From the NCBI RefSeq assembly GCF_006345805.1, contig NC_043004.1, forward strand, positions 44,268,001 to 44,332,000: DNA of 64,000 bases, written 5' to 3'. The notes beneath the pieces were generated by a model. The model was not told where the DNA came from, did not search any database, and saw only the letters and a list, made by a program, of their open reading frames with translations. How positions within the stretch are numbered: the stretch's first letter is position 1; the number at the start of each line of letters is the position of its first letter. Origin of the DNA: Octopus sinensis (Eukaryota). The position numbers were made by a program, and so were the translations under genes. Below are positions 38,582-52,041 of the stretch, piece after piece.

Positions 38582-38675
38582 CCTTTCTGACGAGCTATGG
38601 ATAACTAATTAATCAATTAATTAACTTATAAGTTGATTTCACTGGTCATTAATGGTGAAATTCAAGGGTATAAGA
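38582..38675 (+). ncRNA. Type I hammerhead-like motif with long helix II (right arm, foldback 1)
   Basis: CUGACGA GCUAU..AUGGU GAA AUUC AA GGGU A | UAAG. Confidence 0.55.
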
Positions 38676-39094
38676 TTAACTGGAATTTCTATCCACTCAA
38701 ATGTCTTGCTTGAGTAAAAAAACAACGTTCTTTAATGTTAGAATTGCTCTCCGTGGGTTTGAGCTTTGACTGCCATTTTTAGCATGTAAGAAATCCACAA
38801 GGTGGTTTCTCTCCGTGTATATTTCATACACTGCTAAAATTATATCGTCTCTTGTAAACTCTTTTTTCTATGAATCTTTATACATGAGTGCACCCAAGTC
38901 CCGATTTACTGCAGACAAAATAAAGTGACCCCATCTTAATATCCACTAAATCTTCCCCTAAAGTCACCATCCTTGTAAAATATATTCCCCTTTTCCCTCC
39001 TACTCGCATGTAATTTATTCGTAACAACTTTAGACAAATTCTCCACTCCCCAATTTTATGTGACAATAATATGTAACAATTATTCGGTTGCCAT

Positions 39095-39155
39095 AATAAG
39101 ACTCCGAGATTCGGATGTCGGGGCAGAAAACTGCTCCGGCATCTCGTCAGTTATC
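39095..39155 (-). ncRNA. Type I hammerhead-like motif (left arm, foldback 2)
   Basis: GAUAA CUGACGA GAUG CCGGAGCAG UUUU CUGCCCCGA CAUC C GAA UCUC G GAGU C | UUAUU; A15.1 appears mutated to U. Confidence 0.65.
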
Positions 39156-39664
39156 GAGGCAATAAAAAAAATGCTATGAAAATTACCGTTGAACAAAGGG
39201 AAATAACTATGTATTTGACTGTTATTAAGACGAGTGAGCTTGTTAAATAAAAGGAAAAAAACCGAAGGGGAGAAAGTAAAAATTTAAAGAAGTAAAAATG
39301 TTCCTAGAAATCGCGTAATTGCGCATGTACATACATACACATGTGCGTATATGCATATGCTCACTCACATTCGAGTCAAACACATGGAGGTACACCCACA
39401 TACATATGCAACCATACACATGTACATATACGTGTACATATATACATACCCGCACATACGCACACATGCACAAACACACAATGTACGCATGTGTATGTAA
39501 ATGCCCGTAAACGCAATTTCTATGCGCAATTTTACTTTTTCCCCTTCGGTTTTTCCCACCTATTTAACGGTCATTCTTATAGCTCTCTTCTCTTAATAAC
39601 GGTCAATTACATAGCAATTTCCTTTTGTTCAACGTTCATTTTCATAGCATATTTTGTTTGCCTC

Positions 39665-39725
39665 GATAACTGACGAGATGCCGGAGCGGTTTTGTGCACA
39701 TACATACGAAACTCTGAGTTTTATT
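39665..39725 (+). ncRNA. Type I hammerhead-like motif (right arm, foldback 2)
   Basis: GAUAA CUGACGA GAUG..CAUAC GAA ACUC U GAGU U | UUAUU; complete catalytic core. Confidence 0.7.
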
Positions 39726-39822
39726 ATGGCCATCGAATAATTGTCACAAACCATATTACGGGTAATTCCTCTATTTTCATAATATCGAGGTATCATTCAT
39801 TCTTTTGTTGTTTTACCATTAT

Positions 39823-39861
<39 letters not shown>

Positions 39862-39955
39862 GACGACGAGCTTCTTTCAGTTTCCGTCTACCAAATCCAC
39901 TTCCAAGAATTAAGTAGGGCCAAGGTTATAGTAGAAGACACTTGCCCAAGGTGCC
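39862..39955 (-). mobile_element. SINE S2 fragment
   Basis: TTCTTTCAGTTTCCGTCTACCAAATCCAC..GAAGACACTTGCCCAAG. Confidence 0.75.
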
Positions 39956-40424
39956 TTAGATATTCGTATTACAAATAATATTCTTGCCTATGCGCTTATT
40001 ATTGATAGCTGTGTTATTAGATACTGTTTTGGAAAACATGCGCATATTTTAATTGAATTATCCAGATATTAGCAATCATAATCTAATCTTCTACTTTTTC
40101 CAGATATTGCAACCATTATAAACCAATATATGAAGTTGTATGACTGCCATGCATTATTAGAGATACTGTACTAAATAGTACATAAAAATCTTTCAGTCTA
40201 ATTCTTGATTGATTTTATATATAACGTGATATATAAACACACGCCAATATGTATGCTCGCACGCACAAAGGCACAAAACCACAAATAAGCATATATATGT
40301 ATGTATGTTTATACATAAGTAATTCTACACGCAGAGAAGCTATATAATATACGCATTTATTCACACATACGTATATATAGAATTACATATGCATATGTAT
40401 TATGTATATATGTATATACATATA

Positions 40425-40476
<52 letters not shown>

Positions 40477-40502
40477 ATATATATATTATATATATATATA
40501 TA

Positions 40503-40872
40503 ATAAATAAAACATATGCATATATATAAACATATATGTACGTACCTACCTCTATATGTACATATACACGCATATATGAGTACAGGACACCAAAAAGACT
40601 TCGAACACAATGAGAAACGAAAACATAGACACAAACCCAAGGAACTGGACATTTTTTTAAAACAACAAAAATACAGAGTACAGGACAATTAACACAAAGA
40701 AAAAAACCCTTCTCAGTCGCTATGGTTTCATCTACTCTACGTTTCGAAGGTGAAAGCGAGACGTATCTTCGACAAGAAACTTTCCTTCCTGCGAAAAGCA
40801 AATCAATTAAAATGTTGAGATCGTTTCGCAGAGGGGTAAAAAATGGTAACAAAAACAGGACAGTAACGACAG
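40503..40872 (-). mobile_element. Interspersed repeat P2, second copy
   Basis: Reverse complement of 15350-15765; abuts (TA)n. Confidence 0.7.
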
Positions 40873-40939
40873 TACATATATATATTAATATATTTATGTT
40901 AGTATATATATAGAGAGAGAATGAGAGAGAAGGATAGAT

Positions 40940-41034
40940 AGATAATAGATAGATAGATAGATAAACCGATAGATAGCTGGATAGATAGTTGGATAGATAG
41001 ATAGATCGATAGATAGATAGATAGATAGATAGAC

Positions 41035-41129
<95 letters not shown>

Positions 41130-41145
41130 CAGACAGATAGATAGA
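40940..41145. repeat. (GATA)n microsatellite
   Basis: Direct reading. Confidence 0.95.
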
Positions 41146-41900
41146 TTTACCTGTGTGGATAGATACACGTATCTTTCCACACATTCGTTTGTATATACCT
41201 GTATACATATGAAATTTAGTTGTCCTGCGAAATATATATATAGATAATACGAATATATTCTAATGTCAGAAGGTTTTTATGTCTATAGACATTCAGAATG
41301 ATATATCGAGAACAAACACATTAATGAAACATTAAACCCTGCAGTGGTATACTTACGTTATTTTTTCCTTTTTTTTTTTTTGTTAGTCAGGCGTCTATCG
41401 GTTCTTTTGTGTAATATGCTCTGTCAATGGTCCTGTTTTGTGCCAAAGGGATAATTTAGTAATCAGTATGAGTAACTATTTGTTAAAGTTTATTAACGTA
41501 AAGGAAATATACAAATAATTACCTGAGTTAAAATATGGGGTGGGATTGCCAAATAAAAATGTATATAATTGACTGTAAGCGACTATAACCGAACTGTCGG
41601 ACATGATATTCCTCTAAAATTACGAAGTGTTTTGTTAAATATTTTTCCAATTGAAATAGGTTTTAATGCTCATAGCAGTACATTCATTCTTCGGCATTTT
41701 CAGTAAAACATTGTAAGTGCCAAGTTAATTCTACCATAAATAATATACATTTCTCTCGTGAGATTTTGCTTTTATTTCATTTCTGTATTCATTTCATGTA
41801 CAACTTTGATTATGTGTCTCTAGTGTTTGTTGTTTTCGTTTTTTGTTTGTTTTGTCTTTCAACTTTTAGTAAAACAGTTTTTGTGCTGAATATATAAATA

Positions 41901-42027
<127 letters not shown>

Positions 42028-42029
42028 CG

Positions 42030-42062
<33 letters not shown>

Positions 42063-42715
42063 ATTATTACTATAATTAGAAGTAGTACTATTAGAATTAT
42101 TATTATTATATACATACATACGTACATAGCTACATGCATACGTATACATAAGTGTATGCGTCTAAACATATACAGACGCTTGCGTGTGTTCGTATAACTC
42201 TATTTAAAATGTTCTTAGGTTGTTTTATTCTGTTTTATTATTATAATAAATAAACCAGTCTTTCTCGCAGTACAAGTTATATTCAACGAGAATTGCTCGG
42301 TCTTTTAAATCTATAATTAGATGAAAGGAATAAATAAGTAAAAATATAGAGAAAGTATTACGCAGTGAATTGCAAAAAAAAAAATATCTTTATTGAATAT
42401 TTTATTTGATTTATCTCTAAATTTATAATTTGTTTATTTGTTTGTATAATTGTCCAATTGTTAATGCATTTACATTTTATCTATTAAAGCGTTGGATAAA
42501 TAGAACTAGTTCAGTGCTGAGTCTGTCTGGCTGGTGGGTTGGTTTTGGTGTTCGGTTAGTTGGCTGTTTAGGCGGTCGGTTGGTTGGTCGGTTGTAGATG
42601 TCTGATTAGTGTAGAAAATTTAATAACATTCATAGCCTACACAATTTGCGAATGTATAAATGGACGAATGGATGGGTGGGTATATATGGGTTGGTATACA
42701 TACACACACACACAC

Positions 42716-42767
<52 letters not shown>

Positions 42768-42871
42768 CATATGCAGAGATATACACATATATAGATAAAT
42801 ATATGCATATACATATACATACATATATATAACAATTATGTGTGTATATGTGCCTGTCCATGTGTATGTGA

Positions 42872-42920
<49 letters not shown>

Positions 42921-43271
42921 CCTATTAGTTTATGTAGCCGTTGATTGTTCTCAACAGTTTTTCTGTTAATTCCAAGCAATATTAAAAATATTCATACACT
43001 CATAGCCCTACTTCTATTTTACCTTTTTGCCCTCAACTACCTCTCAACCTATTCTTCGCGCGTTTCGTAGTATATTTTGGGCCGTATATTTAATGCAGTG
43101 TGCCTTTCTGGAATAGCTCAAGGGCTAGTGATACACTCAGTCGGATTCATTTAATTGTATACATTACCTGAACATCCTGTTGCTTGCATTATGGTACCAT
43201 CTATAGCTGCAGAGTATGGATGTTAAATTTGACCCGACCCGATGCCTTACCATTTCAGCATCTGAATGTAA

Positions 43272-43309
<38 letters not shown>

Positions 43310-43369
43310 TGTGTGTGTGTCTGCGTATGTATGTGCGTGTGTGTGTATAAATACATATATATATTTATA

Positions 43370-43409
<40 letters not shown>

Positions 43410-43429
43410 GTATATACATTCGAAATGTG

Positions 43430-43615
43430 ACCGCGTGTGTACAGTTGGCGATTTTTTTCTGCCGCCTTCCCTTCTTTGGATCTTTCCTTTCCCTATCTTT
43501 CTGACGAAGACCTCCGCTCGAAACATTAAACCCTCCTTCTTTCCTTCTTTCCTAAGCGTCCATTAATACTATACTTGTTCCACGTCCTCGCGTTGTTGTG
43601 TTTTCATGTTTGGAT

Positions 43616-43620
<5 letters not shown>
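43430..43620 (+). mobile_element. Repeat P1-related with hammerhead-like core
   Basis: CTGACGAAGACCTCCGCTCGAAAC at 43501-43524; AGCGTC ending at 43560; 3' end joins (TA)n. Confidence 0.6.
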
Positions 43621-43655
<35 letters not shown>

Positions 43656-43661
43656 TATATA

Positions 43662-43771
<110 letters not shown>

Positions 43772-44175
43772 GGCGCAGGAGTGGCTGTGTGGTAAGTAGC
43801 TTGCTAACCAACCACATGGTTCCGGGTTCAGTCCCACTGCGTGGCATCTTGGGCAAGTGTCTTCTGCTATAGCCCCGGGCCGACCAATGCCTTGTGAGTG
43901 GATTTGGTAGACGGAAACTGAAAGGAGCCCGTCGTATATATGTATATATATGTGTGTGTGTGTATGTGTTTGTGTGTCTGTGTTTGTCCCCCTAGCATTG
44001 CTTGACAACCGATGCTGGTGTGTTTACGTCCCCGTCACTTAGCGGTTCGGCAAAAAAGACCGATAGAATAAGTACTGGGCTTACAAAGAATAAGTCCCGG
44101 GGTCGATTTGCTCGACTAAAGGCGGTGCTCCAGCATGGCGACAGTCAAAATGACTGAAACAAGTAAAAGAGTAAA
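43772..44175 (+). mobile_element. SINE S2, full length
   Basis: GGCGCAGGAGTGGCTGTGTGG (A-box) .. GGGTTCAGTCCC (B-box); body as at 10099. Confidence 0.9.
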
Positions 44176-44183
44176 ATATATAT

Positions 44184-44350
44184 ATAGTTGAAATTTACAG
44201 AAAAACAAAAGACGAAGAACGATGTATAAAAAACAACAGGTGTAATAGCTTGACGCTCGGCAATGTGAGAAGGTCTTTTATGTTTCGATCCGACGCTTTT
44301 CAGTAGAAAGGAAGACGGCGAACTAAACAAAAGACAGAGACAGAATAAGA
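44184..44350 (-). mobile_element. Repeat P1, degenerate
   Basis: Reverse strand CTGAAAAGCGTCGGATCGAAACAT..GAGCGTC. Confidence 0.55.
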
Positions 44351-44383
44351 AAAAAAAACTTGTGGATTTAGTGGTCAATCATG

Positions 44384-44634
<251 letters not shown>

Positions 44635-44640
44635 CACTCT

Positions 44641-44822
44641 TTTTACTCTTTTACTCATTTCAGTTATTTGACTGTGGCCATGCTGGCCAACCGCCTTTTT
44701 AGTCGAGCAAATCGACCCCAGGATTTATTCTTTGTAAGCCTAGTACTTATTCTCTCGGTCTCGTTTGCCGAATCGCTAAGTTGCGGGTACGTAAATATAC
44801 CATGTGTGTGTTTGTGGGTTAC
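44641..44822 (-). mobile_element. SINE S2 3' half
   Basis: Reverse complement of the S2 tail. Confidence 0.85.
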
Positions 44823-45074
44823 GAAGAGTATTTTAGAATTCTCAATCATAATACTCTCTTCAAATTAAAAAGAAATACTTTTACTGACATACGCACGGAC
44901 ATACATGCGCGCACACACACGACACACACACATGCACACACACGCACAAACACCCACACACGCACACGCACGAGCACACTCACAAACGCATGCACGCACC
45001 CACACACCGTGGCTGAAGGAGCGAAACAGAAATGGTTAGCTAAGTATTGTATGATATATTGTACACAATATACT

Positions 45075-45490
45075 GGCGGCGAGCTGGCAGAAACGTTAGC
45101 ACGCCGGGCGAAATGCTTAGCGGTATTTCGTCTGCCGTTACGTTCTGAGTTCAAATTCCGCCGAGGTCGACTTTGCCTTTCATCCTTTCGGGGTCGATAA
45201 ATTAAGTACCAGTTACGCACTGGGGTCGATGTAATCGACTTAATACCTATGTCTGTCCTTGTTTGTGCCCTCTGTGTTTAGCCCCTTGTGGGTAATAAAG
45301 AAATAGGTATTTCGTCTGCCGTTACGTTCCGAGTTCAAATTCCGCCGAGGTCCACTTTGCCTTTCATCCTTTCGGGGTCGATAAATTAAGTACCAGTTAC
45401 GCACTGGGGTCGATGTAATCGACTTAATCCCTTTGTCTGTCCTTGTTTGTCCCCTCTGTGTTTAGCCCATTGTGGGTAGTAAAGAAATAG
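45075..45490 (+). mobile_element. SINE S1 head plus two tandem 184-bp units, with 16-bp TSD
   Basis: A-box-like TGGCAGAAACGTTAGC, B-box GAGTTCAAATTCC; units 45124-45307 and 45308-45490; ATATATTGTACACAAT at 45054-45069 and 45491-45506. Confidence 0.92.
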
Positions 45491-45989
45491 ATATATTGTA
45501 CACAATGTGAGGATGAAATTGAAAGTCAAAAGCATTGAATAAGCAACAACGCCGCGTTCGTTTTCCGATACGGATTTCGTTAGATTTTAATAGCTTATAG
45601 GCGCAACAGTAGTGATCCAGTCAAGAGGTTTTGCCTTACTGCGATATTCTCGTCTTGTGCTACTTTACGCTTCAAACTGTAACATTGGCACCGTCTGTCG
45701 CGTAGATGCAGTGTGTCATTGAGAGGAATGTTGCTGTCAGGCATGCTTAGCAAAGAATTCAGAACGCAGCTCCGTTATTTACAGAATCAAAGGTCTTGGA
45801 AAGAATCCAAGAAAGACATATGTAACGTTACATGCATACACACTCACACATACGCACACACACAAATGTGCGTATTTAAGTATGTATGTATGTATGCATG
45901 TATGTATGTATGTTTGAAGAAGATAACGATATGCAAGCATTGTAGTTTAATAAATGATGCCCTGTTGGTCACCACTACCTGACTTCTAT

Positions 45990-46900
45990 AATTTAGAATG
46001 TCCTGTAGCTAATCCCCAAGTTTTCCTACTACATTGAAGTCATGCAGCTCGTGACATATGATAACATAGTTCAATTTCTCAAAGACTTTTGCAAAGTTGA
46101 TATATATCTCGTTGACATTTTAGTTGTCGAACAGCTGCTTTCACACGTAGTCAATTTGCAATGACAATTTCCTGTCAGAAAGCTCGTACCTGGCCAAAAA
46201 CCATACCCATGTTGGCTGTCAGCCAGTAAGTCACTCTATTCAAGGAACGCAATTAATTTCCATCGGACTATTTGTTCCATGATTTTACTGGTGTGAGGTC
46301 ACAAGGATAGCTCTATAGTTTTTAGTACCTAATCTGCTTCTTCCTTTATGAACAAAGCCTATTATGCCCTATTTTAATTTGTCTGCGAGTTTGACACTTG
46401 CAAGGAAGGTCTGTAAATGAATGGACAGTGATTTTGTAAGTGTTTGTTTGCATGATTTGGGAAGGATTACTGAGAATCCATCAGGGCCAGCAGTCGGGTT
46501 TGCGTCTACCTCATCACCGTGTTACATCTTTTTTAATATCTAAGCTGTCAATCAACAGTTACGTCCACCTTTTATACATCTGTAGTGGTGAAGAAATCTA
46601 CAGGTTTCCTGACTTGCATGTGTTGTAAGCGTGAGATGTAAATACATTTGAATTGCTCATTCATTGTTTCACTTAGCCGTATTGAGTTTCTCGCGAGGAA
46701 ACCATACTTTTGGAGGAGTGTTCCTACCCTGCAACGCTTTGAAGGAACACTTTCAAGCAGGTTCTTAGGCCTAGCTAAAGCAAGGTTTAGGATTTGACTT
46801 TATATTTTTTATAAGCTAAGGTTCTTACTTTGCTATATCTTTGTCGTGGGAGTTTTTTTTGAGATGTGTTCAAACTCCAGAAAGAGAGCATAAATATTAC
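45990..46900 (-). mobile_element. CR1/L2-group LINE reverse transcriptase fragment, heavily decayed
   Basis: Reverse strand NIKSNPK.., AGPDG, KNYRAILVTS, IYINFAKVFEK..VVGKLG. Confidence 0.7.
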
Positions 46901-47238
46901 AGGATTTTCACCAAAAACCTTCTAGAGGTTATATATTCTTATTGCAAACAACTAGGGCATTATTAGCGTACTCAAACCGAACGAAATTGATGGACCAAAA
47001 TCTAATTTCACAGCCCCCTAAAGCAGTTTTTAAATGGTGTTTGGCTGATCAATGGATAGATATCGGGCTAAAGTATAGATTGACAATACCTTTATATAAA
47101 AACATAACCCGAAGCCACAGAAAATTCCTTTCAAACCAAATTTTCTGCACATACAAATTCTTTCAATTATTCTGCGAACAGGTTAGCAATCAATTTCAGT
47201 AAACACATATCAGCAATTGAAAAAAGCTGCTACTTTAA

Positions 47239-48230
47239 CCCTCCTCTGGCGCGGTTCTGTATTTTTCATGGTTAGTGCGGTTGGGTTTTGAGAACCTCAC
47301 TCATAGTTTTAGCTATTCTTAGTATTTTTTAAAATTATTTTATATGTGTTCTTAAGCAACAATATTACCAAAAATATATTCTGATGTAATGTATTCATTT
47401 AACATGTAAACATAAACAAACTAATACTCACTGGAAATGAAAATCCAACAAAATAAAACTATTTATTGGTTGGGAGAGTGCTGCATTGATGTTTACTAGT
47501 TGTTTGCATTATCATCGATCCTCATCCTTCTGAGCAAAGCAGTCAATGCTAATATGCATAGCATGATCCAAGCAGATGGGCTTCCAGCACTTCTGGCAGC
47601 AATTCCTTGTCTTATGTTATTTTGAGCATCCTTGTATGGAATCTTCACAATAACGTTTCGGAGGTAATTCCTGAGATGCTGAGAAATGTTGAAACTTCCT
47701 TTTCAAGTCTTTTTCCAAATATGGGTTTGTCTTGGGATGATGGATACGATCCTCTACCAACTCGAGTCCCAATTCCCTCAGACGCTTTCGGCGCCTGATA
47801 GCTATTTGAGAGTTTGACATTAATATATTGTATGCATTTATTCCTGCCAAACTAAAAATGTTTATACCATACTTTGCTGGTTTACTTGCATGCAGAGCCT
47901 AAATGGACAGTCCCCTCTAAAGGCAGCCAACATTTCATATACTGTCGCATACACTGAGGCATTATAATTGGACATACTATTATCAACAAATTTCTAAAAC
48001 TTCACAACAGATGAAGCAGCGCAATTGCAGCATCCATCTCCCCTTCAGTAATATGTTTCTCTTTTGGCTTATATTTTCCTTGTTTACTGTCAATGTAGAT
48101 ATTAGTGTAAGCTAATATCTTCATCTGGTTCCTCATCAAGAAATGATCCTGATTCTTCTATGTCTATTTCTCTCTCAACCGTCTCTATCAATTTTTCCAT
48201 TTGTCTTTCATAATCCATTGTGAATCTGAA
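47239..48230 (-). mobile_element. piggyBac transposon remnant, internally deleted
   Basis: TTAA+CCC terminus at 47235-47241; MAGINAYNIL..RRRKRLRELGLELV and C-terminal cysteine-rich RYC..C..KTRNCCQKCWKPICLDH; other end not found. Confidence 0.75.
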
Positions 48231-49474
48231 AGTAGATTTCTATCTTTTATGACCTTCAGTACCATCTAATAACAGAAAAAATATGTTGGTCGGTTACCAA
48301 TAACATATAATGTTATGCAAGGAACAATCAGCCTTTGAGATATAAAAATAAATAAGTAAAATAAGCAATAATGAAGAAAAGGAAACAAAAATGTCCTGGC
48401 AATAAATAGTGTATGGAATAGTATCGTGGGTTATGCACCACCCCAGACACAGGTAACTCATGTGTACACTTCTCATCATTCAGCAAGTAACTGAGTGGAG
48501 TTGTGCATTAACTCAGTGGAATGTGCCAAAAAATGCGTGGATGGATAGCACTATCACTGCCGCCAGATGTAATATACACATATACAAACATCACCTAGGC
48601 TATGAGATACCCCACTGCGCGATCTGAGGATAAATATACATTGTTCTAGTTTGGAAAGAGTAAATTCTTACAAGCATAGATCTTACTGAAGGCCTATGAG
48701 GTGAATGTTGTGCTTGAGGGGAAAATGACATCTGCATTGAACCGGAGGTCGAAGCTTTTGAATTATTGTTGTCTTCGTTTATTGTAATCATTTGAACTTG
48801 GCATCTGATGATTTCTTCGAGATACACCTAGAATTTCGTTAGTCGGTGAAGGGCATTCAGTTGAGTTTTTATGTAAGCACAGTCGGCTGCACTCTCCACT
48901 TGACTTTGACGCCAATTTTTAATTTACGTTTTAATAAATACGTCTAAGTCTGGAAAATTCTCCTTAAAATGAATAATAGTAAATGGAGATTCGAAAATGG
49001 ATTAAGATAATCTGTAAATATTTGGATAAAAACATATTGCGTTATATAGCAACGGATCTTTACATTTTGTGCTCAGATATAACTTTTAATCATGTTGTAA
49101 TGGATAAAACCCTGGAACGTTGTAATAATGCGCGGTAGCTTTTAATAAGGCATGGCATTGGTATAATGATACAAGGCAATAATTATGAGTAATTAGATTC
49201 TGAAGTGTTTTGATCAATTAATTTGCACTGCAGTTTGAGAGAAAATTTAATTAAATCCTTCCTTTGAGGAGCACGCTATATGTAATAGGCAAAGGTACTG
49301 TGAAAACGACAGCAATATTTAAATGCCACTTTATTTTATCGAGTTTGAAAGGAGGAAATGTAGTAACGAGTTCGATTGAGCGGAAATTGAACTCGGAACT
49401 TGAAGATCCACAACAAATACTACTTCAATGTAGCATTTGTTGGCAAGTTCTCTGCCAACACACCACCTAAGAAA

Positions 49475-49695
49475 TGCTGGTTTTAATTTTGGAAAACGGT
49501 CAGCAAATTTAGTGAGAGTGGTGTAGGTGATTACATCGACTCAGTATTCAAGAGGCAATTATTTGATCGATTCCCAAAAGAGTGAGAGACGAAGTCAACT
49601 TCGACAATATTAGAGGTGAGAATGTAGATAAAATAGGAACAAATGCTGCAGGGCATTTTATACGAGTCTCTGTGGATTCTGCTAGCTGGCCGACT
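49475..49695 (-). mobile_element. SINE S1, old degenerate copy
   Basis: GATTACATCGAC..GAAGTCAACTTCG..GATTCTGCTAGCT. Confidence 0.5.
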
Positions 49696-49900
49696 TAAAT
49701 TAGAAATATAAAAAATAAACTAGATTATAGAAAGGATTCAACAGAGTATGTTAAATTTCATGGATATATTTCTGAAATGTCTAGTGCTTCGAAAGCTGAG
49801 TCAATTGTCAGTAAGCAGTGGTAATTCACATTTTTGGAAAGATCCTCTATATAATATGTAAGTGTATATTTATGTGCGTTTGAGAGCGGATATATACGTA

Positions 49901-50866
49901 CTCGGTCTGATCAATAAGTATCATGACTAATGCCAGAGTAATGAAGCTAAAGCACGCAGAGTGAATCCGCTTGGCATGAATTGACCTTAACCACTGTTGT
50001 GCATGTGCTCAAAGTTTTAACGTCCTAGCTCACTGCTGCTGTTTACAGCAGTGCCTGGAAGAAAGATGTGTCGCGTGTGATCGTCGCATTGACTATGACA
50101 AAGAAAGTTGTCATGTTATACCTACTCAGAGGCCTGCGAAAAGTTGCAGAAAATGTATGGAGAGGAGTGTATGGACTGCATACAAGTGTGCGTGTGGTAC
50201 AGACGTTTCCAACGTGGCCAATAAATGTCGATATTGACGAACGTTCTACGAGACCCACAACCAGCAGAACTGCGAAAAACCTTCGCAGATGTGCACACGC
50301 AGCTCTGAGGGGAAGTTGTCAAATCACCATCCGTGAGTTATCGGAGGATGCGCAGATTAGCTACGGTTCAGTTCACCCCATTACCACTGACGATTTGGGT
50401 ACGAGATGCGTGTCTGCCAAGTTTGTACCAAAACTGCTTTCAGCTGACCAAAAATACACTTGGTGTTTAGTTGCACATGATCTCCTTGATTGTGTCGAGA
50501 ACGTTGGAAACATTCTGAAAACTTTGCGTAGGCCTCTGAACAGGTATCGCTAAGGTTTTGAAAAACAAATTTGATGCAAATTCTCTGCTCTACTTTCTCT
50601 CTCCTGTTCAACGCAACGATCACACGCTACACACTTATTTTCATGCATCGCTATAAACAGAGGAAGTGATCTAGAACGTCAAACTTAGTGCATATGCATA
50701 GCAGAGTGTCAGATGGAGCACCATCAACCAGCTTTACAGGGCTTAGAAAACTGAAGGATCGCTGACATTAGTCTGTGAATTAGAGAGGCAAATATGTTGA
50801 ATAAAGCAATAATCAACGGATCCTACTGTATTTTGTTTTACCGAAGGACAGAAACTTCTCAGCACT

Positions 50867-50871
<5 letters not shown>
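49901..50871. mobile_element. Mosaic mariner remnant: 5' half (+), inverted 5' piece (-), 3' end (+)
   Basis: ITIRELSEDAQISYGSVH..VSAKFVPKLLSADQK (+); EKVEQRICIKF..SEAYAK (-, 50522-50700); KLKDR..RGKYVE* and TIR ending CAGCACTCCTCG at 50871. Confidence 0.82.
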
Positions 50872-50939
<68 letters not shown>

Positions 50940-50990
50940 TATGTATATATGTATATATATGTATGTATGTATGTATGTATGCATGTATAT

Positions 50991-51037
<47 letters not shown>

Positions 51038-52004
51038 TATATATATATGCGCATAAACGCCTTCTGATTAAAATAACGATGTGTATAACATTAACATTTA
51101 TAATATGTATGCAAATGGCGAACGGCGCTAGCTGTAATATTTTCTTTCACAGAAAAGTCTCAACGAAACTTAAATTCAAACAGAAAATAGTTAGAAACAC
51201 AACATATCTAAACTTGTACATATATATTTATTAATGTATCTGAACTTTTGCGTGTGGGTGCTTGAGCGCGCTCGTGTTTCTCTGTGTGTGTGTGTACATG
51301 TGTGTGCATGTGTGTCTGTGGGTGTGTATATACGTAACAAAGAACGACTCCAAGCCAAAGCATTTGCTTCCGTTTGCATTATTCAAATACATCTCAATTC
51401 TGTTTTATGTCAACATGTCCATCATAGAACTGCAAATACTACTGTAAGGAGAATTGGTGACTTTTCTTTTCTGTCTTCTCCCACCCTCCACTTCATCGTT
51501 TTTGGGTTTTTTCTTAATTTTTGGCATGCTCTTTTGGGAATATTTTATTTCAGGTTCCTGATATTCTGCATGAGAAAAAAAACTTATATTACTGTATTTC
51601 TTTCAAATTGTTTTTATTATATATTTCTTTCAGTTTTTTTTGTTCGTATTTGCTATTAGTTTTTCTTTTGTTGTTTGTGAATGTGTGTATTACTTTTTTT
51701 TAAGCAGTGAGTGCTTTTACATAGTATTGTTATGTTAAAATAAAGTTTAAAATATCATATGAATAAGCGTTGTTATTTTTAGAATTTGCTTCAAGCAGGT
51801 AGTTTCCCACAAAGTGACGTTAGTCAAACTGTAAGCATTCAGATGAGATTACATTTCAATTTTTATTTGAATTGCATTTGAGCTTTCTTTATTATCCTCT
51901 CCAGAGAAAACTTAATATAGTTAGAATATTTCCTCTTTTGGGTGCTTGCTTTTGTGGTGTATGTAACAGTTGTAAGTTCACTCACATATTCTTACACGCA
52001 GATG

Positions 52005-52041
<37 letters not shown>

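Larger units (their letters stand above)
38132..38817. mobile_element. Foldback element 1 (~245-bp inverted arms, ~200-bp spacer)
   Basis: 38132-38377 aligns to the reverse complement of 38578-38817; termini CACGG..CCGTG flanked by TA. Confidence 0.85.
39072..39748. mobile_element. Foldback element 2 (~250-bp inverted arms, CA/TA-rich spacer)
   Basis: 39072-39320 aligns to the reverse complement of 39500-39748; termini TGT..ACA; no TSD seen. Confidence 0.88.
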
